Origin: Geosiphon pyriformis uo1 | Lineage: Eukaryota; Fungi; Glomeromycota | Assembly: GCA_016748015.1 (NCBI GenBank) | Contig: JAAOMT010000222.1 | Span: 623,924-687,923 of the forward strand | DNA length: 64,000 nt | Reading direction: 5' to 3' | Shown: positions 48,601-62,800 of the stretch, piece after piece | Layout: the number at the start of each line of letters is the position of its first letter | Position numbering within the stretch: the first letter of the stretch is position 1 | Made by a program: the position numbers and the translations under genes | Notes under the pieces: generated by a model | Seen by the model: only the letters and a program-made list of their open reading frames with translations | What the model was told of the DNA's origin: nothing | The model's database searches: none

Positions 48601-49677
48601 GTTTTTCTTTGGAAATGAAATCCTCTTTGCCTGTTGCAAATGTTTTGGAGTTATGTTTGATTAGCATTAAGAACAGTTTTGTTAGTCTCATAGAACATAT
48701 TGATTAGTTGGCTAAAAAGTTGAATTCATTTGTGCTGGTGGTTTCCCAGTTTAGTTCTGGATGTCAGCCACTGGTAATTTTCTCATCATAAGATCAGATG
48801 GGTAATGTAATGATGTGAGAGAGTTCAGGTAAATTCACTAATGACAAGACTGCTTTGGTTTTGATTTTGTCTGTCTTCTCTGAAGTTGTTAAATTAGAAA
48901 ACATATTGAAAGGCCTCTCTGCTTTGGTGCTAAGTCTGTTAGCATGCTTTGATAGTTTGGTTTTGACTGGTAGTGTGCTTCCACAATCTCTTCCTTAATG
49001 AATGATTTGGTCTAGAAAGTTGCCACTTGTAACATTAGAAAGATAAACAATCTTGCAAAACAAGATGATATCATTTGTTAGCACAAGAACATGAACAATT
49101 TAGTTTCTATTTTTACAGAATTTAAGCTTAAAGAGAAAATTCATTCCTGGATTGTTAACAAATTTGACAGTGTTTGAGTGTTTACTTCTGGTCTGAAATT
49201 TGGATATCTAGGTGCTGGTGTTATAGTCATCATAGATTCTTCTTTGGCAAAACATGTGTACAAGGTTTCTAAAGTGCTTGGTCAGTTTTTATCTATCAAA
49301 TTACTTTTCAAAAATAAACTTTCTGTATCTATATTAGGGTTCTATGTTGGTGCTTCTTCAGTGGCTCAGTTTTCTCAGATTAATAATATCAACTTTCTTA
49401 TTGCCAAAGCTGCAAATAAGTCTTCTTTCATTATCTTTGGTGGTGATTTCAATGAAAACAATTCTTACAAGTGTATGAGTTTTAAAAAGTGCCTTAGTTT
49501 AGGGCTGGTCAATTTTCTAATCAGTAGCTCAGTAGTAAATAAGTTTACTTGGAGAAATTCCAGAGGCATCATAAAAACAATTGATTATATATTTGTTTCT
49601 CCAAATCTGGTCAATGTGATAGTATATTGCAATGTTTCAGATGTCAGTGACCATTTTAATATGAATTACCAGGCTGT
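42663..49677 (+). mobile_element. LINE3: 5' half (ORF1 + APE domain), interrupted by pol-less Gypsy B and ending at an A-family LTR
   Basis: 5' AAAACTTCTTTT. ORF1 42775-49001 is split at KDVV(R)|VAR. ORF2 runs from 48998 (TCNIR, GGDFN, IDY). Confidence 0.88.
43678..48070 (-). mobile_element. Non-autonomous family B derivative (4.39 kb): LTR-gag::ORF3-LTR, pol deleted
   Basis: LTRs 43678-44650 and 47098-48070, TSD ACAT/ACGT, PBS and PPT. Junction at 45031-45041 fuses the pre-protease linker to ORF3 in frame (ORF 44814-45293). Confidence 0.93.
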
Positions 49678-50419
49678 TGTTACAAGTGATTATTTGGAAT
49701 CTCAAAGCAAATAACAAATCCATAACTTAGTGTTCAATTAATATAGTGATGTTGATATCTGAAGGTTTTGGTTGAGTCCTTTGTATAATAGACAGAGATT
49801 TACTACGGTTGGTTTTATTTAATCTTTCAAGTTGTTTTTCCAATTTCTGTTTTTAGTGTGGTGGCTGGTTTATTCTGGCAGTTGTGCCCTTTTGATAAGT
49901 TATCTGTTAACTTATAAATCTTTTACCCTTATTGTTGGGTCTTTTACCAGGCTATCCATGATGTCAATAACTCAGCACTTTTACTTTTTAATCAATTAGT
50001 TAACAACAAAAAATAACAAAGCAAAATAAATAAAAGAAAATAAAAGAAAATAAAAAAATAAGCCAAAACAATAAATGTTAGTATCCTATCAATAGCTGTG
50101 ATCAAGAGCTATTGTTTTAGTGTGGTTTAAGTATCAATTACTATCAACATGAAGTGTTGATAGTAGGGAGTGGATTTGAGATATTGAATAATTATTTATT
50201 GATATTGTAATATAGAAAGTTGCTTAGATTAAATCTAAACTAAGAGGTCTGTCTTTTCTGTTTCTAATGCTACTGTTATATATACCTAATTTATGTTTTA
50301 TGAGATTGCTCACATTCTTAAGTGATGTGCTATGATTTCTTAAGCAATATGCTTACATGCTAACTACTATTCTCTTATTAATCTATTATTTTTCTATATC
50401 TGTTTTTTTATGAGTAACA
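49678..50419 (-). repeat. Orphan family A LTR without a matching TSD
   Basis: Homologous to 7055-7927 but with about 1.5 palindrome units. Flanks CTGT and ATAA do not match. Confidence 0.88.
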
Positions 50420-51992
50420 ATAATTTTTGGTTTTATAAGTAAAATTTTTATTAATCTGTATTTATATTTTATATTGTTATTTATAAGTATTTATATAATA
50501 GAAAATATCTTGTTTTGTGTTTTTATTATAAAAAGATAGAATTTTTTGATTATTTTTTACATATAAGATGAATTTTGTTGTTTGTAAAGAGTTAATTAAA
50601 TTACATATGACTTTATAAGATTTTTTGTCAAGTTTAAACTTATTATTATCTTGTATTTAATAATATGATTTATATTTTTTATACAAAAATATTATGTTTA
50701 AAGAATGTATTTAGAAACTTTATTTATTTTTGGTAATGTTCAAATTGCTATTAATAAAATTGTTAATTTTATACATAGTTTAAAAACAGTTTATTATAAA
50801 AAAAATATGGTTAATAAGATTTAAATATAAAACAGTTTTAAAAAAAAGTGGTCTGGTTTTTTGAAATAGTTTTGTGTTTTCAGTAATATATGATTTGATA
50901 TTGTTATTGGAGGTTTTTGGTTTCTTCCTTTGAATATTGTTAATACCTGTTTGTTGTAAATTTACATTTATTGGAAGTTATTAAATCTTTAATAATTGAA
51001 TTTATCTTCAAATTATCTTCTATAATTTGAATTTGTTGAGTTTATAAATAGAATGACCAATTTTATACCAGTTACTTTATGTAGTTATGTTGTAATAAAT
51101 ATCAATTCTTTTTTAGGAATTGTTCATCTGAAAGCTCATTAAAATGTGTAGTTACTTTGCTGTAAAAGTCAAATCTTCTACAGAAATCTTATTTGTAGAC
51201 TATCTTAATAATTATAATAAAAAAAATAAAAAAAAATAAAAGAAATATAAATAAAATAAAATGTTGTTAAGAGAATTGTTTTCTATCCAAGCCTAAAGTT
51301 ACTAACAAATTACTAAAATTGGTAGCTAATTAATTTTAAAATATTAGTTGTGTTAAAAGAATTTCAAGTATGATAATTAAGGATTTGGATTTTTGAATAT
51401 TTGATTTTTATTTAATTTATAAAGATAATTTTAAGGAAGATAAATCTAAAATAAAATATCTATGATAAGATAAGATACATTTTTTTTGGAAAGAAAAGCT
51501 TTTTTTTTATACAACTTATTATAGCATTAGTTTTTGAATTTGCACTTTTTTTTTGCTATAATTTTGGCAAACTAAAAATATATTTCAGCAAACTACAAGT
51601 TATTTCTACAAACTATTGATTATTTTGGCCAATTTCGATCAATTTTGGCGAATTTTTGAATATTAAATGGTTCAAAATATTGTGTAATTTAATTATTTTA
51701 ATTTTTATAATACAAATTGAGTTATTAATTAAGTGATAATATTTATTAATTTGATTAATTAATAAGTAATAATTAAAATGATAATAATATATACTAATTA
51801 ATACTAAGAATTGAAAAGATAATTTCATGCTAATTAATAGCTAAAATTTTACTGGTAACAACATATTTGTTTTCTGATAATATTATTAAGTTGCTTAAGA
51901 TTGTAAAAATATATAGTATTAAAATTAATTATGATATTTCTGTTAAAATAGATCTATAATATTGTTTTGATTAATTATAATAACTAATTATA
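50420..51992 (+). mobile_element. Very decayed LINE 3' fragment (LINE5), interrupted by a solo LTR
   Basis: YKYLYNRKYL.VLCFYYK..E.FDYF resembles HLYDRRYPSVVCLFCG...DHVF. IIKLLKIV and the decayed 3' motif are at 51880-51992. Confidence 0.6.
50902..51860 (-). repeat. Solo LTR, family B
   Basis: Full LTR homology, TG...CA ends, TSD ATAT/ACAT, no internal sequence. Confidence 0.92.
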
Positions 51993-53891
51993 TTTTTATT
52001 ATTATTATTATTGTTACAAGTAAAACCCAATTATTATTTAATATAATACAATTATCTAGAGTTTTAAATTAAACATAATTTATATGTTTGCTATATGTAA
52101 TTAGCCATCTAGTTAATCAAAACAACACTAAATAACTATGTTAATTAAAATGTTTTTAACTACACTAGCAAAAAACAAATAACCAATTTTTGAGCCAAAA
52201 CTAACAGTAATACCTTTTTTAATTCTTAACAAACAAGCAATGTTATCTGAAATCCTAGTAAATAGATTATAAATAATATTAAATATAAAGTCATTTTTAA
52301 TCAACAACTTTCTGTAATCTATATTAGTCTAAAGCTTTAAATTAAAAACCCAAATCTGCTTTCTATAGCCAACAATCAGATTTTAAACAAACTTAACCAA
52401 TTTAAATATAACAAATTTAGTGTTTTTAAAATAGATTTTAGTCTCTAACAACCAATTTTCTAAAATGAAATTTTTACACAAAATTATATACTTATTAATA
52501 TTTAATACACATTTAGTTAATAACTAAAAAACTACAAATGAAACTAAATTTATACCAGTTATAAATTTCCATAGTGAATAGTATTTATTCAGTATTTCTT
52601 AACAAGCAAAAAAATTTGAACTGCAAATAAAACTATGATCTGAAAACTTTATTTTATTGCAATATATATACAATATACTTAAATACTTGTAGTTATATAA
52701 ATGCTTTTGGATAACCACTGACAATTTTTTATATAAAGCTTTTATCAAGTATATTTATAAACCAAAAGTGGCTTTATTTGTGTATCTGACAGCCATATAA
52801 AAATTAAGATATTAAACAAAAGCTATATGCTTTTAATTAAAGTTGTCAACACAAAAAAGATATATAATACCAAAATTAAGTCTGGTTTTTTATTAAAAAT
52901 GCCTTATAATATTATTTATATTCCTTATAAAGTAATAAGTATTGTTAGATATCATCTTGTTATTAGCCATTAAATTTTTTTCTTAATATTGACTAGAAGA
53001 ATAACCTCTAAAAACATAGTTTAGTTTGCCAATCTGTTAGTATGCTTATTGTTTAACACTTCAAAATAATTTTTTATTTTAATTTACACTATTAAAATAC
53101 TTTTATCTCTGATTATATTAACGATTTGGTAGTGTTCAACTTAGCATTTGTTGCAAAAATCAAGAGTTATTATTTTTAACTTAGTTTAATATATATTTAG
53201 AAAAACCTGACTGTCAGAAAAAAATTTTACTCTAAAATATATTCAAGAGCTAAAACAATAGCTTGTAATTTAGCTAATGTTAAAGATAACAATTCATGAA
53301 CTTTCATACTTATAGACAAGCCCAAATCAAAAAAATAAACAACTGTGCTATTTATAGTATTAAAAAATTCAAAGTTTTTAATAAAGCTATCAGTATAGAT
53401 TGAAATTTCAAACAAAGATACATCTTTTAACCTAAAATAAACTACATCAAAACTGTATATATTTGTTATACTTATGCCAAAAAAGCCTTCAAAAATAGAA
53501 GAAAAACATTAAACCAAAATGTTATCTCTAACAAACTTTAAAACTTATACAAACCAAAAAAAAACTGGACTTTTAAGGTCCAAACATTTTCACTAATAAA
53601 AATTTTTTTAGGCAAAGCACTTTTCATGATTATTCAGAAACTGGTCTGTAAAAATAATGCCAAAATGCTTCAAAAACTTGCAAATCCAAGAGTATTCTAT
53701 CTGATTTAAAATGTTCATGACAGAAATGCCATGCTTGAAATAAAAAGTACTAAACAGATTATTGGCCATAAATATACTATTAGTCAGAAATATTTTAATA
53801 ACACCAGTTAAAAAAATGTTTATTAAATTAACTTTCAACTTAATAAGAAATTAAAAAAAATTCTGAAAAATTCAACTTAAAACCTGTAAAT
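51993..53891 (-). mobile_element. LINE4 3' part (RNase H, CCHC, 3' motif, (TAA)n tail); continues at 63792-64000
   Basis: ORF 53227-53415 IYTDS...LAKLQAIVLALE (RNase H) and ORF 53608-53838. 3' motif at 52072-52128. Tail-to-tail with LINE5. Confidence 0.8.
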
Positions 53892-56800
53892 TGTTACTAG
53901 AGGTTTTTGGTCTCTTTTCTTGAATGTTGTTAATATTGATTTGCTGTAAATTCATGTTCTCAGAAAGTAGTTGGACCTCCAATAACTGAATTTATTTTCA
54001 AATTATCTCCTATAATTTGAATTGCTAGGCTTATAAGTAGAATGGCCAATTCCATGCCAGTTATTTTGTGTAGTTACATTGTAGTAAACATTAACTCTTT
54101 TCCAGGAATTGCTCATCTGAAAGCTTACTAAAAATGTGTAGTTACTTTGCTGTGAAAGTCAACTTTTCTACAGGAATTTCGTTTGTAGACTACTTTAATA
54201 ATTATAATAAGAAAATAAAAGAAAAATAAAAAAAATGTAAAAGAAATAGAATTTTATCAAGGAAAACGTTTTCTACCCAGACCTGGAGTCACTAACAGAT
54301 TACTGAAATTGGTAGCTAATTAATTTCAAAACGTTAGTTTGTGTTGAGGGAATTTCAAGTATAATAATCAAAGGATTTGGTTTTCGAATATTTAATTTTT
54401 TATTTAAATGTGTAAAAGGTGATTTGTTTCAATTAAGATATCTAAAGTAGAATGCTATGGTAAAATACTATGAGAAGATACATTTTCTTGAAGAAAGAAG
54501 CTCTTCTTTTATACAACTTGTTATAGTACTAGTCTTTGAACTTGCACTTTTTTCTTTGCTACAATTTGGGTGAACTAAAGATATATTTTGGTGAACTACA
54601 AGTTATTTCACTGAACTATTGATTATTTGGGCCAATTTTCATTAATTTCGGCGAATTTTGACTATGTTAAATGGTTTAGAGTATTGTGTAATTTGATCAT
54701 CTTAATTTCTAGAGTACAAATCGAATTATTGATTGAATAATGATATTTGATAATTTGATTAAATAATAAGTGATAATCAAAATAATAATAATAATATATG
54801 CTAATTAATAATAGAAATTATGAGAGTAATTTTATACTAATTAATAGCTAAATTCTACCAATAACATAATCTCCTCCTCAAGACTGAGCTTCATTGAAGT
54901 TCAAGCACTATCTGTGATATTAAGATAGTAATCCAAAATAATTGAAGTAATCTGGTCTGAAAATTGTTAAAATTTCAGTTCTGTGAGCTTTTTAATGTAT
55001 TAAATCTTCATTAGATGAAGTATTGGATTTTGTAGGACATTTTCACAAGTGTTGAATAAATTATAGAGTCTGATTGCTGCTCTAAATTTGTAGTAAGTGT
55101 TTGTTGGTCCAGCTGTTGTTTTGAATTCATTGTGAATTTTTTTTTGTATAGCCTCAGGAGTGATGTTGGTTGTTTCAAGTTCCAGTTTTCGTTTATAAAG
55201 TGTTTTTCCAATATGAAAATATCTATATATAAGAGTATATTCATTGTTATGTTCATTAAGGAATAGTAGAAATTTTTGTTGCATTGTGGCATTTGGTGAA
55301 ATGTTAATAGGGACAGATAAAAGGTTTTCTTTTAGTGCTTGCTTCAAAAGTTTTGGTAATTGATTTTCAGAGTAACTTTTTGTTTTTCTTCTATAAGGGT
55401 GATAATTTTGAGAATTATTTACTACTGGGACTGTGATTTTTTTCTGAATGTAATTAATTTGACTTTTATTAATCATTATGGATAAGTCAGAAAGTGTTTT
55501 TAAAGCTAACATTAATTTTTGGGATATTTGTTGAATATTTCGGAGAATAATTATAATAAAATTGACTAATTAATAAAGAGAAGAAAAAAAAAAGAATAAA
55601 GAAAATTATTTTTGAGTATAGGGTTTTTATTTGTTTTTGGGTTTGAGTGTTTCTTATAATTATTTACTATTTTGTTTTTTTTATTTTTGTATATTCTAGA
55701 AGTGATTATTAAGAATGTTAAATTAAGTATTCAAGTTTGATTGTTGTTTTATTATAACTATTGGTTCTAAATTTCGGAGAATATCTTCAGGATTAACTAA
55801 AAGGGAATGTGTACCAATTTGTGGAATTAATGGTTTAGGATTGTTTCTGAAATGATAGTGTTTCAATCTATTTCTATGTGCAACTTTTACTAGTACTTTG
55901 TCATTAAGTCTTAACTTGTATGATCTATTGTCTAAAATTTCGTGGATATAAAATGGTCCATTCCATTTATGTTTAAATTTTCCACTCCATTGTTTTTTAG
56001 CCTTAGTTTTGTATAAGAGAACTTAATTTCTAACTTTAAATTTATTGGTAATTGGTGGCAATTTGTTGTCATGCCTTTCTTTTTATAAGGCTTGAGAGTA
56101 TTCAATATGAGAGACTGCTATGTGTCTTTTTTCTTCCAATGTACTAAGGAAAGTGTAAACTCATTTTTGAAGTGTTTCTTGAAAGTTTTTTTCATTTATT
56201 GGTTGTACTGGATATGATTCCACTGTAAAATTAATTGGTAATGTTGCTGTTTTTCTATAAGTAAGATCAAATAGTGTGTGTTTTATAGTATCTTGTTTTA
56301 GTGTTCTATATGTTAGTAACACTAATGGAATAAAAATATCCTATTTTTGCTTAAAATCTGTTGAGACTTTGGCTAAAAATTCACACAATGTTCTGTTAAA
56401 ACATTCTACAAGTCTATTTGTTTGAGGGTGATAAAGTGATGATAAGAGTTTTTTAATCTTGAATCATTCACAAATTTCTTGTATCAAGTTGTTTACAAAA
56501 TGTATTTTTTGATCTGATAAGAGTTCAATTAGACATTTATGTCTACAAATAATGTCTTTATAGATGAAATTTGCTACTGATTTTGCATCTGCTCTTTAAA
56601 TGGCTCTAGCTTCAAGCCATTTGGTAAGATAATCTACTACAACTGCAATATAATGATTTTCTTGGGTTGTGATAAGTAATGATTTGACTAAATCAATTCC
56701 AACTCTGTCAAAAGGTTGTTCAACTTTGATTGAATTTAAAGGTTCTGTGGGACAAATTCCTTCTCTTTTTTGACAACTATCACAAGATTCTACATATTGT

Positions 56801-59800
56801 TGAATGTCTTTTTGCATGTAGGGCCAAAAATAATGTTCAAGAGTTTTTTGAATTGTTTCATCTCTTCTTAAGTGTTCTAAAGAAAGATCTGTGTGCATGT
56901 TATATAGAATTGTTTTTTTTTTATTTTCCTGTACTAATCTAAGTGGTTGGTTTGGATTTTTGCAATTTTTGTAATAGATTTTGTTATAGTATATAAAATA
57001 TTGTTTGAATTGGTGTTGTAATTAATGTTTTTTACTTGGAAACCAATCTTCTGACATGGTAAGAGTCTCCAAATAGTTTTTAAGGTTGTTGTAATTTTTG
57101 GAATCTATTGTTGTTTTGTTGTTTTGTTGATAGTAATAAGTTGTAATAGAATTGTTGGTAATATTAATCTTGTCTCATTCTTGAAAGACTATCAACATTG
57201 ATGTATAGTTTTCTTGGTTTGTAGTATACGATATATTTGTAGTCTGTTAAGAAGTCATTCCATTGAAACTGTTTGGCACTTTGTTCAGTTTTTTTTTTAT
57301 TAAGCCATTTAAGGCCAATATTGTCAGTTATAATGTTAAATTTTTTTCCATTTTTGAAAATATTTAATAACCCAAATGACTGCGGCAGCTTCTAATTCAG
57401 TTGAGCCATATTTGAGTTTTGTTGGTTTGAGTGTTCTACTAGCATAAGCAATAACTTTTTCCTGGCCATTTTCATCCAATTGTGATAGGATAGCACTAAA
57501 TGCTATGTGTAAAGCATTAGTGGCTAATTGAAACTGTTTATTGAAGTTTAGATAAGCAAGAACTAGGACTGTTGTTAATTTTGTCTTGAGGATTTCAAAA
57601 GCTTTTTGTTGTTCCTTAGTCCATTAGTATGACATGTTTTTGTTGATAAGATAATTGAGTGGTTTGGCAATTTCTGAAAATTCTTTTATGAATTTTTGAT
57701 AGTAGGAGGCTAATCCTACAAATCCTTATAGTTCTGTGGTATTTCTGGGTATTTGAAAGTTTTTAACAGTACTAATTGTTCCAGAATTTGGTTTAACTCT
57801 ATCTTTACTAATAATATGTCCAAGAAAGATTAAACTTGTTTTTCCAAAATAATATTTCTCAATATTCAACTTCAATCCTGCTTTCTGTAATCATTGAAAA
57901 ACTTCTTATAGGTGGATAAAATGAGCTTTAAAGCTTGGAAAGTACACATTAGTGTCATCAAGATAGACAACTACTAATTGTCACAAGAGTTCTTCATATA
58001 CAACATCCATGAGTCATTGGAATGTTGCTGGTGCATTGCAAAGTCCAAAAGGCATAATATTGAACTCATAGTTTCCTTCTTGGATGGTAAATGCTGTTTT
58101 GAGTCGATCTTTTGGGTTTATTTTGACTTGTTAGTATTCACTTTCCAAGTCTAAAGTTGAAAAGAACTTGGCTTTTCCTAAAGCATTTAACATGTCATCA
58201 ATTCTGAAAGTAGGTAGATATCTCCAATTGTCATGCTGTTAAGCTAATAATAATCTACACAGAATCTGATTTTTCTGTTTTTTTTTTAACAAGTACTATT
58301 GTTGAGGCCCAAGGACTTCTTGATAGTTGAATCAATCTGTTATTAAGCATTCTTTGGACCTCTTCTCTGATAAATTAATGGTTAGCAGATGGAACTTAAT
58401 AGACTTGTTGTCATTTTGGTAGAGCATCTCCTGTGTAAATCTGATGTTAACAATATTAGTTTTTCCAAGATCATTGTTGTTTTTTGCAAATATATCTGCA
58501 AATTCAGCTATTAGCTGTTTTAATTGTCTTTGTTGTTGAGATTTTAAGGGACCTATGTTGATTCAAAAGAGTTTTTTTTTCAAAAGGTGGTAGTTTTTAA
58601 TAATAAGGATGATGTTTGAATTTGGAAGTAGTATATGTCTTATAATTTCGATGAAATTAGAGACAATTTGAGCGTTTTCATCTTAAAAGATGTTACTGTA
58701 TATGATTCCAATCTCTAATTTGTTCAATAAGACAATAGGATAATTATTGGAGTTGTAGAATATAACTTGAAATTTTATCATTTCTTTGGAAATATAAACA
58801 TTTGGGATTGAAATTTTATGCTTTAAACAGATTTGTTCATTGGATTCAAAAATTTGTTGAGTAGTGGTGGGTTTTGAACAAGTGTAAATTTTATGATGTT
58901 CACCAAAAGGTGAAATAATAATTGGTTGGGGAAGTTGAAAAATCTGGTAAGATTCATTCTGTATATTAAGAGCTATATTTACTGAAACTGTAAATTGTCC
59001 AGTTAAACCAAAATCTTGAGTTCCTCTTTCACTTTTTTCCAATTGTTCTCTGTTCTTAACTGATTGTAAACCTGAAATGTTGATTAAAGATAGGTAAATT
59101 GCTTGGGCAATTTTTTTAGCATGTTCAATTCTGAATGGTTTGTCTGTTTCATTCTACAACATGATGTTAATGTTTTCAGTATATTCTGTATCTATAACTC
59201 CTCCTCTAATGTTAATTCCTTTGCTTGCCAATAATAATCTGGATGCAATTTGAACCATTGCTTCAAATAGAATTTCAAGAGCAATTTTGAGATTAATTTT
59301 TGTTAAGAACTTTGGTTGGAGAACCAAAGTATCTTTCTTTGGGTATCTTAGATTATATCTAGCATCAATCTTGTGTGTTTTTTCTGGTCTGATTCTTTGG
59401 CCATAGTTGTCGAAATATTTAAGTTGTAGAGGTGGTTGATTTTCAAGAAGATAAATGGGAGTGATTGGTAGTTCTTTTACCTATTCAGATACTCTAAATT
59501 CGATTTCATTTTCATCATTCTCATCTGGCAGAGGAATGTTAAGAGCATAGCATTCTAAACACCATTGGTTATCACAAGGCATAACACATTTTTCACATAA
59601 TTGAATGTTCATTTGTTCTAATTATTGAATTTGAGTTTCTTTGGTTGGGTATATATGATTTGCAATTTGATGGTAGGTTTTTATTTCATTTTCATAATCA
59701 AATTTAGCTAATTTCATAGTATATTCAATGTATTCAGCTTTTTTTATTTGGTGGACATCTTCTTAGGTGGTTCTATTAATTAATGCTATTGCTAAATCAA

Positions 59801-62800
59801 AAATCATTTCAGCATTATAAAGATAATAATACAGTTTGTTAAAAGCACTGTTGTATGCTGCATTGAATAGTGTTTCTCTTTTCATTTTTTCCAAAATTAA
59901 TAGGACATATTGACAGATTTAATTGCATACTCCTCCTTTTATTACAACATCAATTCAGTTGCATTCTTCAGATAGCATATCTCCATATGTAAGGCAAGGT
60001 GTGTTGTCTCATTTTTCACTTTTTTTTGGAAATCCAAATCGTTCTCTATGACATGCTTTGCAGAAATAGCAGGTATGAGTTTCATATTCCTCTTCTAAGA
60101 AAATATAGACTTCCATAGATGAAAGCTTCTTTTTGTAATCTTTGTATTTTAGTGGGATGTATGGTGGTTCTTTTTGTGGTTCTGGTATGGAATACTGAAT
60201 TTTCTTCTATTCTCTTGTTTTTTCAAAAATTTCTTGTTCTGTTTCCTCAGCCCAATTGGATGTTAATCCAAAAGCCATGTAGGTTTTAGTGAGTGGCATT
60301 TCTTTTTTCTCCTCAAATTCGAATATTGGGGCTTTTTCTGATTATTTGTTGAAAGTACCACAAGTAGCAAGTACTATGGTGTATTGTCTTTGGTATGAGA
60401 TTTTTAGTTCCTGAGTTTCTTAGTTTAAGTTTACATTGGCTTTAAGAAGCCAATCATTTTCAACAAGAGCTTGATATTGGAGTACATCCATGACTAAAAC
60501 TTTGACTGGAATGGTGATTCCATCAATAGTAAATAGGAAGTTGTCAATTTTTCTTACTGGTGTCTTTTTTATATCATCTGCTGTAACAATTACTGTTTGG
60601 GCTGATCTGTTAACATTTCAATTAAGTTGTTGTATTAATTGGTAGGTAATGATACTTTCAGTAGATCCACTGTTTAGGATTAATTGAATGGGTTTTCATT
60701 CTACTGTAGCTTTAGTGTATATAGCAATAATAGCTTTTTGCTTATTGACTGCTGCATTGCTAAGCAAGAATAGTGATTCATTTGCTTCAAATTCGAATGA
60801 GAATATATCTGAAAGATTGGCATTTTGGGTAATTTGGGCTATTGGAATAGTATTGTTGAAAGGATTTGATCTTGGTACTGCAACTTCACTTTCAGAAAGT
60901 ACAGTTTGTTAAAAATCCAATTCTTCTTGCATTGTTAAATAACTAGATTGAGTATGAAACTGAGTGGGTCTTTGTTGAACAAAATTTCAAGGAACTAGTT
61001 AATTATTAGGGTTAAATCTGTTGTGATTTGATAAGAAACGGTTTTGTGGTGTGAATTGGTTTTGTTGGACCAATCTTCTGACTGGTACTTGATATTGTTG
61101 AGTGAATGGTGTTTGATATTGTTGAATTGGTAAAAGTTGCTGATATTGTTGCTGCATTGATTGTAGAGCTGGTTAATAGTAATTGTTTTGATTTTGTGGT
61201 CTTGGTGAATAATAAATTGGTAGTAGAGATTGGTAATAAGATTGTTGTGGTAAAGAGTAATATTGATTACTCCTGTTTTATTGGTCTCTTTGTAATTTTC
61301 TGCAATCTTGTTTTCAGTATTCTGAGATTCCACAATAATGGCAATTTTGAAGTTGGTTGTTGGATGGTCATCCAAAGTTATTTTGGTTGCATTATTGTAG
61401 AGGTTAATATCTTTGTAATTGTTGCTGCTGTTGTTGTTGGTTTGTAAAGTAGCTTTCAACTTTTTTTGTGAGTTGGTTTATCTTCTCTTCAGCTACTGAG
61501 CTGGTTTTTCCAATAGCTAGGTTGACAATTTTGGTGTGGTTTGCTTCTTCTATTGCCATTTCATAGTTTTTGTATGTCTAATGGCAGTAATTTGGTCTTC
61601 TGGAGCATGTAGACAAACTTTCTTAATAAGTTTGTCTTTTAATCCTGTTATAAATTGATCCAGAATTTGGGCATCGGAATAGTAGTCATTGGTTTCTAAT
61701 TGTCAAATTCATCTAAGAAGTTTATTAAATCTTTCAAAATAAGTTATGACAGTTTCAGATGTTTTTTGTTTGATATTGCAAAAGCAATTGTGAAGAGTAA
61801 TAGAGGTGTTGTTGTCAGTAAATTGTTGTAAAAAAGCATCTTTAAATGCTTGCCAGTTTTCAAATGATTCTTCTAAGTTTTCAAACCATTCTCCTGCAGT
61901 TCCTTGAAGAAAGTATAAGATTGCTTTGAGCATTCTTGCTGCATTTCAACCATTTGCATCTTCTGCTTTCTGAACTTTGTCAAGCCATTCTTGAAGGCTA
62001 ATATTATTATCTTTACCAGTAAATTCTGGAATCTTTGCAATGTAAGCAGTTGCCATTTCTTCTTTGTTTTCTGTAGTTTCTCTTTATTCTGATTCAGTTT
62101 CCTTACTTTCCAAGTTCTCTGAATAATTACTTTCATTTTCTTGTAAGTAATCAATAATATTGGTGCTGGTTGATATTGGTTTCTGTTGTTAAGTAGGATT
62201 TCTAGATAACTGAAAGTTTTCTGGTTTGGAGAAACAGTTAAGTGGTGAATTTGGTGTTTGTAATCGAGCAAGTAAAATTGGAAATAGTGTAATAGAAAGT
62301 GGTAATTTGATACTGGTTTTTTGTTCAGGTGTTTGTAAGTATTTGGTAGTTGTTCTTGGTGTTTTTGGAGTATTTGAAGTGGTACTTAAGTGTTGTTTTA
62401 GTTTTTGTTTGTCTTTGTTGCTTGTTTTTGTCTCTGATTTAAAGTCAATAGAGTATTTAAACTGTACTAGATATGTTTTTTCACAATACTTGATAATGTT
62501 AAAATTAAGTTCTTGGAAGTAGGTGGCAAGTGTTTCATTGTTAAGGTCTTTAGTTTTCAACTGTAAATAGTGTACTAAATTATTATAGAAGTTGCTTCTA
62601 ACTTCTGAGATATTGTAATTTCTAAGAAGATAATTATTGATATGGTTTTCAATATACTAGTAAAGTGTCTTCTTAACAATTTCAATTCTGTCTGGAATGT
62701 TGAATTTCTGCTTGTAATGGGTGTAAATTAACTGATAATACTCTAGAGTTGTTGTGTCTGATATGGTTGTCACTTTGAATTTGTTGTTGCTGTGTTATTT

